In this document: positions 10,808 to 20,024 of the stretch, piece by piece
Position numbering within the stretch: the stretch's first letter is position 1
How the letters are laid out: the number at the start of each line of letters is the position of its first letter
Source: Cyanophora paradoxa CCMP329
Lineage: Eukaryota; Plantae; Glaucophyta
DNA: 64,000 nucleotides
Reading direction: 5' to 3'
Assembly (NCBI GenBank): GCA_004431415.1
Contig: QPMI01000457.1
Coordinates: forward strand, 248,001-312,000
Made by a program: the position numbers and the translations under genes
Notes under the pieces: generated by a model
The model's input: only the letters and a program-made list of their open reading frames with translations
Databases searched by the model: none
Told to the model about the DNA's origin: nothing

Positions 10808-11055
10808 TTAATAGCATCTAATAAGCATCTCCCCAAGATTCCCCCTATTATTAAAGTGGACTCAAGGTTGACTCATATTAATCGTAAAAGTAGTAATAGT
10901 ATATGGATTTTGTTACGAATTCAATGCAAGGGTTGACTAAGTGGGTTGAGTTGACTCAAATTTCACAGGAAATAACAATGAATCAGAGTATAAAATGCAT
11001 TATTTGAATCAACTACACCAACTAACACTGAGAAAGTAGGTTATAACATATAGTA

Positions 11056-11252
11056 TTACCATATATGGTTTGTCAGGCACTATAATATAGTTGTCAGGCA
11101 CTAATATAGTATGTCAGGCATTGTCAGGCACCTTTTTAGAAAACTTTTATAAAATTGAAATTTCATTGTTAATCCAAACAATGACTTAGCCAAAATAAAA
11201 TACTTTATGAAAATCGATAGATTTAATGCCTGACAAATAAATGCTGCCTGAA
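11056..11252 (+). repeat. Iteron-like TGTCAGGCA module, copy 3 (terminal region of A)
   Basis: TGTCAGGCA at 11071, 11092, 11112 and 11122; inverted copies at 11227 and 11245. Confidence 0.85.
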
Positions 11253-11316
11253 AGATTTAACACCAACTAACACTGAGATTTTCACAATATATGAGGTCCT
11301 TACTGAATATGGTTTG

Positions 11317-11425
11317 TGTGACAGGTGTGACAGGTTTATCCCGTGGATTTTAAAAATCAATTTCTCACTAGGACTTTCCTTGGGATTGACCTGTCACACC
11401 TGTCACACCTGTCACACCTGTCACA
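11317..11425 (+). repeat. Second iteron-like module, TGTGACAGG x2 / CCTGTCACA x4
   Basis: Direct copies at 11317..11334; four tandem inverted copies at 11390..11425. Confidence 0.85.
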
Positions 11426-11668
11426 CCCAATTTTATAAGGGTCCCCCCTTAGACTCAACAAAACAATGATAAAATCATATAAGTTTCATGTATAATTACG
11501 ATTGAATTCAATAAGAGATCGATTTGTTAATATAAACAAATGAATCTTTTATGGATCTTAATCGAGTTTAGCGATATATTTCCGATTAAATGAATTAAAT
11601 TTAATTAAATTTAATCGAGAAAGTACATGAATATAATATCGATTAAATCAATTAACTTTTAGACCAAT

Positions 11669-11954
11669 CACACATAGTAAAATGCGGAGTTTTAACCAGA
11701 GGCAAGATCTAATTGAGATTCAGTTATATTATTCGGAAATATATACAGATTATCGATTAACTCAGTAAGACTAATCGGAAAATAAGAGAAATTTACGATA
11801 AAATATCGAAAAGAATACAAAATAATCGAAATAATTGAATATTCGATAAGATATACACAGATTATCGATTGATTGAAATAGAATATACGAGATATATCAA
11901 CAAAATCAATTAAGATTAAGCCGAGGGTTAAAACTCCGCATTTTACTATGTGTG
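11669..11954. repeat. Terminal inverted repeat pair (29 bp perfect) at the right end of A
   Basis: CACACATAGTAAAATGCGGAGTTTTAACC (11669..11697) and its reverse complement (11926..11954). Confidence 0.9.
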
Positions 11955-12493
11955 CCATCCCCTACACTGATATTCAGTTTGCGGATTATACCGGTCAAGC
12001 TCTCGGCTCCGGTCTCCGCCTGTCACTATCTCAAATTTCGGGACTTGTTTACGCACTCGTTGTCAAGGTTCGCGACGAAAATGCACTCGGCAACAATTTC
12101 GGAGGGCACTCTACTGTCCGCACCCTTGCCTTTGATGATAATGTCGTGATGCAAGTCCTAAACAACAACAATTATCTATATTCCAACACTGGTGTCCCGC
12201 TGCAATCCGCTGCTATGGAGCTCGCCGATAAATTCAAGATGACCAACTGGATCGATAGCAACAAGCGCCCCATTTACACTGGCTTCTGCTTTGCTCTCGA
12301 TGGTAAAGCGGCACTCAAAGGTGAGAAGGCGACTGGCTACGTCGATCTAACTCAATCAGCTTCAAGTTTCCTGCTGCTCACACCAAATGGCACGCCCCTC
12401 GCCACCTGGACAAAGGTCGGTGTTCAGATCTCGGCTTACTGCCACAATATTCTTGTGATGAATGCCAATGGATTGTCAAAAATTAGCGCATGA
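11954..12493 (+). pseudogene. 3' part of the double jelly-roll major capsid protein of B, cut by element A
   Basis: AIPYTDIQFAD...LSQISGLVY...LYSN.GVPL...TGYVDLT aligns to the C-terminal part of the MCP at 36319..37707 (AIPATEVGWVD...LSQISGLCY...TGFVDLT). Similarity starts exactly at the A terminus. Confidence 0.85.
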
Positions 12494-12567
12494 GGATTGT
12501 CGCGGGCAAAATTTGATGTCATTTTTAATCCTTTGTCTATTTAAGGACAAGACGATAATAAGGTTTA

Positions 12568-13302
12568 ATGGCATATCTCGAACGGATGGAAGGGATCAGA
12601 CGAATTGCTTTGTGTGGAAAGCATGGTGAGGGAAAGTATGCACTTGTAGATGAATCCGATTATGAGCATGTCATGAAAATAAGTAAGTGGTATTATCATA
12701 ATCAACGGGGATACTCATTTGGCTGGATTCCAACTGCAATGCAAACAGAGGGGAAGAAAGTAATAGATATGCACAAATGGATTTTCGGACATCAAGAAGG
12801 GCATTTTGTCGATCATATCAGTAGAGACAAACTCGATAATCGCCGCTGTAATCTTAGATTCTTAACACCGCGAGAAAACACAGTAAATTCAAGCATGAGA
12901 AAAACCAACAAATCCGGTTTCAAAGGTGTGTGCAAAGAGAAGAAAACTGATAAGTGGAAAGCTGATATACAAAATAAAGGTATCCGCTATCATCTCGGTT
13001 GCTATAACACAAAGGAAGAGGCGGCGGCTGCTTACAATATCAAAGCCATTGAGCTATTTGGGCACCTTGCGGTTCTTAATGATGTGGATCCTGAAATTAA
13101 ACCCCAACGGCTCTTATACTCAGTAAATACAAGTGGATATCGTGGAGTCAGCCAAACAGTGACTGGAAAGTGGGAAGGGTGCTTTGCATATAAAAAGCAA
13201 AGGTGGCGCAAGGTCTGTGATTCAAAAGAAGAAGCGGCACAGTTTTACAATGCAAAGGCGACTGAGATTCTCGGCGAAAAAGCTGTATTGAATGATATTT
13301 AA
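12568..13302 (+). CDS. HNH endonuclease with two AP2 domains (homing-endonuclease-like)
   Basis: VDHISRDKLDNRRCNLR, NKSGFKGV...EAAAAYN and a second NTSGYRGV...EAAQFYN repeat. Confidence 0.9.
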   Translation: MAYLERMEGIRRIALCGKHGEGKYALVDESDYEHVMKISKWYYHNQRGYSFGWIPTAMQTEGKKVIDMHKWIFGHQEGHFVDHISRDKLDNRRCNLRFLTPRENTVNSSMRKTNKSGFKGVCKEKKTDKWKADIQNKGIRYHLGCYNTKEEAAAAYNIKAIELFGHLAVLNDVDPEIKPQRLLYSVNTSGYRGVSQTVTGKWEGCFAYKKQRWRKVCDSKEEAAQFYNAKATEILGEKAVLNDI

Positions 13303-13348
13303 TCAGGCTGTCGCGTTTCGTAATTTTTATATGTTTCTTATAAGGGAA

Positions 13349-14260
13349 ATGGATATACAAGATCTGAGTGAGTTTGACCCGGCAAGTCTTTCATTCCCTT
13401 GCCGTTTACTCGCTGTCGGAAAAACGGGAGTAGGTAAGTCAGTATTCCTCAAATACCTGCTTTACCACAACGAGGACAAGATAGATTCGGTGATGATATT
13501 CGCTTCCACGATCTGGAACCATCAATATGACAATGTCACATCGTATTTGTATGAGGATTTCGATCATAAGCTGATCGACAATATAATACAGAAACGCAAG
13601 GAGCGAATCAAGAAAAAGGAGAAAGTCGGTAACCTGTTAATCATACTCGATGATTTCATTGACAATCCAAGTCTTTCGATGTCAGGAAGAGGTGAACCTA
13701 TATTAAATCAGCTATTCACGTCGGGGCGCCATTTATTCATATCTGTGTGGATTCTGTCACAAAAACTCACTAAGATTTCGCCGACACTTAGGGTTAACTC
13801 CGAATATATCTTTCTATTCTCGCTGCCCAACAGAAAAGAGATGGAGAGTGCTGAGGACGAGTTTAATCCATACGAAAAGCATTGGTTTGAGAAGGTAATG
13901 AACGAATACAGTCACAGCTATCAGGTTATCTGCATTGACAACTCGAAATATAGCCTGGAATTCTCTGTGGGCAAGGCTGATCCGGTGCCTGACGAATATA
14001 AATTCAAGCGGTTCTTTAAAAAAGCGGTGGAAGAGATAAAGCCCGCTGGTAAACAGCCGGTAAAACAGAGCTCCACAGAGGTAAATGGCGACCAACCCCA
14101 AACCACCGATATTACGAAACCTGTGAGTGGAAACGTCGCCACCTTAAAGCGATCCACCAAACGAATAATCGAAGCCGACCTACTTAAAGACCCCAATCTA
14201 TTGCTGGCATACCAAGAAAAGCGCCGCCCAAAATTTGCAAAGAAATTGGGTAAATTTTGA
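13349..14260 (+). CDS. A32-like packaging ATPase (element B)
   Basis: GKTGVGKS, LIILDD, SGRHLFISVWILSQ; likely start MDIQD at 13349. Confidence 0.92.
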   Translation: MDIQDLSEFDPASLSFPCRLLAVGKTGVGKSVFLKYLLYHNEDKIDSVMIFASTIWNHQYDNVTSYLYEDFDHKLIDNIIQKRKERIKKKEKVGNLLIILDDFIDNPSLSMSGRGEPILNQLFTSGRHLFISVWILSQKLTKISPTLRVNSEYIFLFSLPNRKEMESAEDEFNPYEKHWFEKVMNEYSHSYQVICIDNSKYSLEFSVGKADPVPDEYKFKRFFKKAVEEIKPAGKQPVKQSSTEVNGDQPQTTDITKPVSGNVATLKRSTKRIIEADLLKDPNLLLAYQEKRRPKFAKKLGKF

Positions 14261-14283
14261 ATAAATTTCTCGCATAATGATAA

Positions 14284-14955
14284 ATGCCACCCAAGAACTC
14301 GCGGAAAGCTATCCAAATGGAAGATCAAAGCGCTGTTGTCGCTGGCAAGATTAATCCTGCGGAGGATGCCGGTCGCACTGGTGGTGCTGCGGCTTCTGAC
14401 CAAATAGATTTCGACCTAATTGATCCGAATACAAAGGTTTCAGAGCGTGCTCAAAAGGTGGATGCTAAGCGGGAGCCGGGCGATTCCACTGATAGAAAGC
14501 TGGCGGATCAATCCCTCGCTGAATCACAGCTCACAGGCGAAAAGCTTACTGATAACAAGGTGGTAAAAGCCGAAGCAACAGCCGCTTTACCTGCATCGAT
14601 GGAAGCCCCTAAAAAGCGGACATCTGTCTATGTGACCAAGGGCGAGAAAGTCGGTCAGGAATTAGAGGAGAAGTTTAGGGCGCTCGAAGCGCGACTGGCT
14701 ACATACGACACTACTGTGCGAGCCTTTGATGATTTCACTAAGGAATACAAACAGCGCAAGCTGATTAAACAGGCTGTTCGCGTGGAAATGGAAAAGAAGC
14801 GGGCGACTGTTCCCGATGTTCAGACAGTCGAAAGAAAAGAGACAGTCATAGCTGAAAATGCACCAAAGCCGGGCGGTTTCGTTAACCCATCGGGTGTGCA
14901 TGCACAGCCGGGTGCCAATCTGTCATCTATGTTTGGTGGACGTCGTCGCTTCTAA
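14284..14955 (+). CDS. Conserved hypothetical protein following the ATPase
   Basis: ELEEKFRALEAR...VPD...GGRRRF; syntenic homologue of 799..1533 and 38493..39125. Confidence 0.78.
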   Translation: MPPKNSRKAIQMEDQSAVVAGKINPAEDAGRTGGAAASDQIDFDLIDPNTKVSERAQKVDAKREPGDSTDRKLADQSLAESQLTGEKLTDNKVVKAEATAALPASMEAPKKRTSVYVTKGEKVGQELEEKFRALEARLATYDTTVRAFDDFTKEYKQRKLIKQAVRVEMEKKRATVPDVQTVERKETVIAENAPKPGGFVNPSGVHAQPGANLSSMFGGRRRF

Positions 14956-15155
14956 TGTGTAGGTCGTTCAAACATAAATGAATCCGCCCGTATTTAGAGC
15001 GGGTCTTAATATGAATTCCCTTGCAATAGGGACAGGTCGGCTCCACAAACACCATTATAAGGTCGACTAATTCGTATGGGAACACACGAGCAAGTAACAC
15101 CCTCATTTCCTTTTATTTTCTCCAATATTTAATACGTTGTGCAATATTAGGGTCG

Positions 15156-15503
15156 ATGAATTTCATCACGCAATGCATTGAGATGTTTCACCTACATTTT
15201 ATATCTCACTGTAAGTCCGGATGCTGCGACACAACCGTAGAGGTTGACATTTCGGACGAGGATAATGGAGGTAGGCGCCTTTCTGTATATTCCAACCACA
15301 GCGATAATCACGATCGCCCCCGATCTCGGTCACCCTCGCCTGTGCCCGCTGACTCCAATATAATCCCACAGACAGCAATAGAAGACGTGCAAGTATCCTA
15401 TATAAGACGCCGGTCGTGCCCTAATTTCGTAGAAGGTCATATTCGCGTTGATTCCCCTTATCCGCCAATTAATCCGCTTTATTTAGGCGGATACGATCGC
15501 TGA
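15156..15503 (+). CDS. Small Cys-motif protein (CxSGCC)
   Basis: EMFHLHFISHCKSGCCDTTVE; homologue of 1556..1828. Confidence 0.75.
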   Translation: MNFITQCIEMFHLHFISHCKSGCCDTTVEVDISDEDNGGRRLSVYSNHSDNHDRPRSRSPSPVPADSNIIPQTAIEDVQVSYIRRRSCPNFVEGHIRVDSPYPPINPLYLGGYDR

Positions 15504-15530
15504 AACAATTTTCGCGGTAAATAGTATCGA

Positions 15531-15671
15531 ATGCCCGACCCTGATCTCTACGCGATCCTATACAGGAAACGCGCGCAATATGCACTGGAAGCCGCTATTA
15601 AAAAACGTAGAGAAGAGCTCGCTTCGATCACAAAAAATGACAGCTCAGAAAATGATTTAAAGAAGAAATAG
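15531..15671 (+). CDS. Conserved 46-aa microprotein (not in ORF track)
   Basis: MPDPDLYAILYRKRAQYALEAAIKKRREELAS...; homologue of 2038..2148. Confidence 0.65.
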   Translation: MPDPDLYAILYRKRAQYALEAAIKKRREELASITKNDSSENDLKKK

Positions 15672-15721
15672 AAAATACGACTGATAAAATATTTTCTCCG
15701 CTAATAGTAAGGAACGCGAAA

Positions 15722-15952
15722 ATGACCGCCATCGCTGCTGTAAATATTGAGGCAAAGCTTGTCACTGAGGACATGAAGAAAGGCGACGGACTTAATTATC
15801 GGATCCGTGAAATCATCAAAATGCGGAATCGGTATAACGAGGATCCCGAATATCGCGAATTCAAGAAGAAGATGGCTTTGGAATCGTATTATCGTCGCAA
15901 AGCCGAGGAGGGAAGCCATATGGGAAAGCGGGGGCGCCCCCGCAAGTATTAG
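15722..15952 (+). CDS. Small basic AT-hook-like protein
   Basis: RYNEDPEYREFKKKMALESYYRRK...KRGRPRKY. Confidence 0.78.
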   Translation: MTAIAAVNIEAKLVTEDMKKGDGLNYRIREIIKMRNRYNEDPEYREFKKKMALESYYRRKAEEGSHMGKRGRPRKY

Positions 15953-16160
15953 AAAACGCAAACTCTCGATTGCCGCTGAGCTCATTCCTTATTTTTCGTG
16001 CGGCTTTCCGATGTAAATCGGGAAGCTCCTTACCATACTATCGGTTGCCCGATCGCAATCGATTTTATCACCGGGAAAAAACCGTAAAGGGATTTAAGGA
16101 TAATGCGCAAAAAATGAACAACCTGAAAATATTTTCTCCGCTTAGAGTAAAACAGAGAAG

Positions 16161-18782
16161 ATGGACGCTATCACGAAATTCGCATTCTCTAATGTCAAGG
16201 GCACCTTTCTGAAATGTCTGCAAGGTGCACGCAATAAGTCCAATTTGATTGAGTTAACCGATGATGAAATTATTGAGCGCATCAATAACTCAAAGAAACG
16301 GGACAATATGACCTTCCCTACCTGGGCGGAATGCATACAACCTGATCAAGTGACTCGTGTTTATCTGGATCTGGACAAGTTCGTAGATCTGAAACCTGAT
16401 GTTGCCGACAATTACAAGGAAGCCGAAGAGATCATCAGGGAAATGCGCAAGAAATTGCAAGACCTATCAGGATCTACTATTGCGGTTGCTGTTCGCCATC
16501 GGCGGGTTCATCTAATCCAAGAGAATGTCACTAAGTTCAAGATTTCCGGGCATTTCGTATTTACCGATCTTGTCTGCCGCCACGAAGACATTCCAAAGCT
16601 TTTTAAAGCGATGGGTCTCATCAAAAATGTTGAATTCGATAGTGGCGTTTATGGAACTACTCAAAACCTGATCTGCCTCCGTTGCTGCAAAGGCGAAGCT
16701 TTGGACGCTCAAAGCAAATCAAAGCACGATGTCGATAAGAATGTGGTGTTCACTAAGTTCATTGATTGCGAAAAAGAGGGCATGCACGATGGCTTTTTCC
16801 TGGTGCAATGTTTCGATCGCCCCACCAAGTGGGTGGAAGTAGACACCATGTCAGCCTTCGCGGTCGATAAACCAAAGGAAGCTACAAAGCCTGAGGAACC
16901 CAAGCAAACGGTGGCGCCCAAGTCTGTTAAGGACAAGCCCTGTAAAGAACCTGTGAAGAAGAAGGAGGAGGTGTTGGAGGATCTCAAAGAAAATAAGGTT
17001 TCGTTTGAACTGTTGCAAGAAGTCATTATGAGCCTCAGTGGAGAGAGAGCCAATGAGTATAAGACGTGGATCGATGTAGGCATTGCCATAATCAATACCT
17101 GCGAAGATAACAACATTTCTCGCAAGCAACAGGTAGAGCTTTTCCACAAGTTCTCGGAGAAAAGCGAAAAATATGATTATGATGACTGTCATGAGAAGTT
17201 CATGAGCCTTTGCAAAGGCAAGAAAATGGTGGAAGGAAAGCGGGTTACATTCGGTTCAATTGTTTACTGGCTGAAAAAGGATAACAGCGACAGTTATAAT
17301 AAGCTATTCCCCAAGAAATATTCGTTTCAGCCGGAGGATTCCGACGATATTGACTACAAGACTGCCCCCATTCCACCTATGGTCGATAGCTTTGAAGTCC
17401 ATCTGCGATATTTAAATGCTCGACTGCACCACATCGAGAGCATCGGCACTGTCATGTATTGGGATGAACAGCTGTTATCCTGGCGACCGAAAGATATTAC
17501 GAAATTGGCGACCAAACATTTTCCCCATCTGTTTCACAAGGTGATTCTCAATGAGGGGACTGAGAACCAAACCGAAAAGTGGGTAAAAACGCTTCCTGAA
17601 TGGATTACTGACCCAAGGGCGACACGATCCACTTATATGGATTTCCTGCCGCCTCCTGCAAAGCTGAGCGCGAAATGCAAGTCTGTATTCAATCTCTACC
17701 CTGGATTCAAGATTGATCATGAAGAATTCGAGGAGCCACCACCCGAGGATGTCACAGAGGAGATGATACAGCCTTTCCTGACACATCTATATTTAATGTC
17801 AGGCGAAGATGATAAGACATTCGATTATCTTAAAAAGTGGTTTGCCCACATGATGCAAAAGCCGGGGGAACTAAATAACGTGTCCCTCATCTTTCTAGGT
17901 CGCCAAGGCGCTGGAAAGAATATGCTCATTGATACCTTTGAGAAGAAGATACTCGGTGATGCATTGGCGTGCTCGACAGCCAAGCCAAAGGATGATCTAT
18001 TCGGGCGATTTGCTCACAATCGGGAGGATAAGATTATGATTGTGGTAAATGAAGCTTCTGGAAAGGATACCTTTGAACATAGCGACCTTCTCAAAGATAT
18101 AGTCACAGCCCCGAAGATTGTAATCGAGCACAAAGGAATAGACTCCTATGATAAAAAGAATTTCGCTCGAATCGTTTTCACAAGCAACAATACTGTCCCT
18201 GTGAAAATCGAGGCTGATGATCGTCGCTTTGTCGTTATTGAGGTGAGTGACAAACAGCGCTGTAATAAGGATTATTTCGCTCCGCTTGTTGAGTGGCTGA
18301 ATGATATGAGAAATATTCGCAATATCGTTCAGTATCTCAGGACGAAAGTAAATTGTGAGAAGGTCAATTGGAGTCAAGACAGACCGCTAACAAATCGATA
18401 CTACTTAGTTCAGCAAGCGGCTGCACCGATTATCCTTATGTTCGCGAAGTGGCTTGTCGATAGTGAGCGAGTTACAGAGCTGAAAACCAAGCTGGGCGGT
18501 CTTGCATCGACATGGGAATTGTTCAAAGACTTCATCTCTGAAAACAAATACAAAAACGATTATAATAGCAAGCGGTTCTATACTGAGATGCGCACGACTA
18601 CATATATTCAAGTGAAAACGACCAATGGAAAATCTAACTATCACTTCCTGTGGAATGAGATGATGGCTGAATTCCGAAAGTTGAAGCTAATCGATGATGA
18701 TTCGATTAAAGAAGATGATTCTCCTCAGCCGCAACCAAAGAAAAGGGGCACCAAATTCGAGGATTCCGATGTGGAAGCCTGA
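16161..18782 (+). CDS. AEP primase-polymerase + PriCT-2 + SF3 (D5-like) helicase
   Basis: AEP motifs YLDLD, SGH and FDSGVY; PriCT-2-like YKTWIDVGIAI...FSEKSEKY; helicase GRQGAGKN, VNE, FTSN and DDRRF. Confidence 0.9.
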   Translation: MDAITKFAFSNVKGTFLKCLQGARNKSNLIELTDDEIIERINNSKKRDNMTFPTWAECIQPDQVTRVYLDLDKFVDLKPDVADNYKEAEEIIREMRKKLQDLSGSTIAVAVRHRRVHLIQENVTKFKISGHFVFTDLVCRHEDIPKLFKAMGLIKNVEFDSGVYGTTQNLICLRCCKGEALDAQSKSKHDVDKNVVFTKFIDCEKEGMHDGFFLVQCFDRPTKWVEVDTMSAFAVDKPKEATKPEEPKQTVAPKSVKDKPCKEPVKKKEEVLEDLKENKVSFELLQEVIMSLSGERANEYKTWIDVGIAIINTCEDNNISRKQQVELFHKFSEKSEKYDYDDCHEKFMSLCKGKKMVEGKRVTFGSIVYWLKKDNSDSYNKLFPKKYSFQPEDSDDIDYKTAPIPPMVDSFEVHLRYLNARLHHIESIGTVMYWDEQLLSWRPKDITKLATKHFPHLFHKVILNEGTENQTEKWVKTLPEWITDPRATRSTYMDFLPPPAKLSAKCKSVFNLYPGFKIDHEEFEEPPPEDVTEEMIQPFLTHLYLMSGEDDKTFDYLKKWFAHMMQKPGELNNVSLIFLGRQGAGKNMLIDTFEKKILGDALACSTAKPKDDLFGRFAHNREDKIMIVVNEASGKDTFEHSDLLKDIVTAPKIVIEHKGIDSYDKKNFARIVFTSNNTVPVKIEADDRRFVVIEVSDKQRCNKDYFAPLVEWLNDMRNIRNIVQYLRTKVNCEKVNWSQDRPLTNRYYLVQQAAAPIILMFAKWLVDSERVTELKTKLGGLASTWELFKDFISENKYKNDYNSKRFYTEMRTTTYIQVKTTNGKSNYHFLWNEMMAEFRKLKLIDDDSIKEDDSPQPQPKKRGTKFEDSDVEA

Positions 18783-19000
18783 CCCCACCCTACACCCCAC
18801 CTGGTTTCATTCTAACATTGATATATCTTATTTTTATAACTTAAAACACATTTAATTCAGTGTTAAGTATGGTAATTAATACAGGGTGGGGAGGGTGGGG
18901 TTGGGTGGGGTCTTTTTTGCCCAAAATTTTTGGGTGGGAGAATTTTTTATTGGAACTCAAAAAATGCCCCACCTCACCCCACCCTCCCCACCCTATCGAA
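18783..19000 (+). repeat. Iteron-like CCCCACC/GGTGGGG module, copy 1, immediately after the primase-helicase stop
   Basis: Two CCCCACC, an AT-rich spacer, three GGGTGGGG, a spacer, then three CCCCACC. Recurs at 25956 and 26431. Confidence 0.88.
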
Positions 19001-19039
19001 AAATAAAAACGTCAGCTATTTACCACGTATACAATCGGC

Positions 19040-19894
19040 TTACGTTTCTACGGTTATGTTTATATAATCCATTATGAAGTGTTTTTTGAGTAGTTCAATG
19101 GTTTGCTCGACAGTTGACGTTTCCCATGTGAAAACCCTAACCCTATTGCAATTGAGGGATTTTGGTATATCCTTCCTGTTCAATGGGACTCGAAAACCTA
19201 TGGTAACCTGAACCCCATCGAGCGAACTGCACTCTGCTAACCGATTTATGAATTGCTTTCTGTCAGCTCTGAACTTCTCAATATCGTCCTCACGGCTTTC
19301 TTCCATTGATTCAATGAAGTCCGTTGCCCACATCGCGAACGCTCTTAAATTCATTTCTTTCTGAAAGCGTTCAAGCCATTTTTCGTCCCTGAGGCGCCTT
19401 TGGTGTTCCTCAAACATCCTCTGGTGTTCCTCGAATAATCTAATGCGTTCTGCTCTTTGCTCTCTCTCCGCTTCTTCTTCTTTCAGTCTTTCATGCTGCT
19501 CCTCGATCCACCTCTGACGTGCAATGAGTGGGCGACACTTCTTACAGTAGTTGTCTTTGCGGTTCCTGTGACGATCCCCACAGTGCTTACAAACATCACA
19601 GCGGAACTCTTTGGGAATAAAGCGTTTTATACAGCAATTTCCAACAACAACAGGGATCTTTTTGGCGACATGCAATATATAACACTGCTCCACTATTTCA
19701 TGCGTGCATGCACATGTAGGGGAATCCCGAGGGAGATGATGTAGGTCTAAATCGTATTTTTTCAGTTTGGTCGAGAGCAACCCAAGGTTTTTGTTACTTC
19801 CTAAGCTTACATAGTCATGGAAATCATCAGAGCCACACAGGTCGCGCAAGGCTTCCTTTAAGCGCTCCAAATAGGACATCGGTTTCGCCGCCAT
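19040..19894 (-). CDS. Cys/His-rich Zn-binding protein with coiled coil
   Basis: CACTHEI...VGNCCIKRF...CKHC...CKKC, a pattern seen in large DNA virus proteins; function unknown. Confidence 0.65.
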   Translation of the reverse strand: MAAKPMSYLERLKEALRDLCGSDDFHDYVSLGSNKNLGLLSTKLKKYDLDLHHLPRDSPTCACTHEIVEQCYILHVAKKIPVVVGNCCIKRFIPKEFRCDVCKHCGDRHRNRKDNYCKKCRPLIARQRWIEEQHERLKEEEAEREQRAERIRLFEEHQRMFEEHQRRLRDEKWLERFQKEMNLRAFAMWATDFIESMEESREDDIEKFRADRKQFINRLAECSSLDGVQVTIGFRVPLNRKDIPKSLNCNRVRVFTWETSTVEQTIELLKKHFIMDYINITVET

Positions 19895-20024
19895 GCTCTT
19901 TACAATTACAGACGGAAAACGTTTTTCATGTCATTTTTTGCATTCTCTTTAAATGATTTCCGACATTCTACATCGGGTAAACGCGTCCTTTCTCGAAAAT
20001 TAAAATGTTCCCTTAGAGTAAAAG

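Larger units (their letters stand above)
1..11953 (+). mobile_element. Polinton-like virus element A (right part; left end outside window)
   Basis: Contains packaging ATPase, TVpol-SF3 helicase, pPolB and rve integrase, then about 1.1 kb of non-coding repeat-rich terminal DNA ending ...ACTATGTGT at 11953, where B capsid coding sequence resumes. Confidence 0.88.

Noticed and set aside
11948-11953. ATG start of a 181-aa standalone protein
   Set aside because: ATGTGT belongs to the A terminal repeat; the rest is the 3' part of B's MCP.
11669-11954. Independent MITE inserted at the A/B border
   Set aside because: The flanks (CCAAT versus CCATC) are not a clean target duplication, and B has an equivalent ACACATA fold-back at its own end. 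A terminal structure is more parsimonious, though a MITE is not fully excluded.
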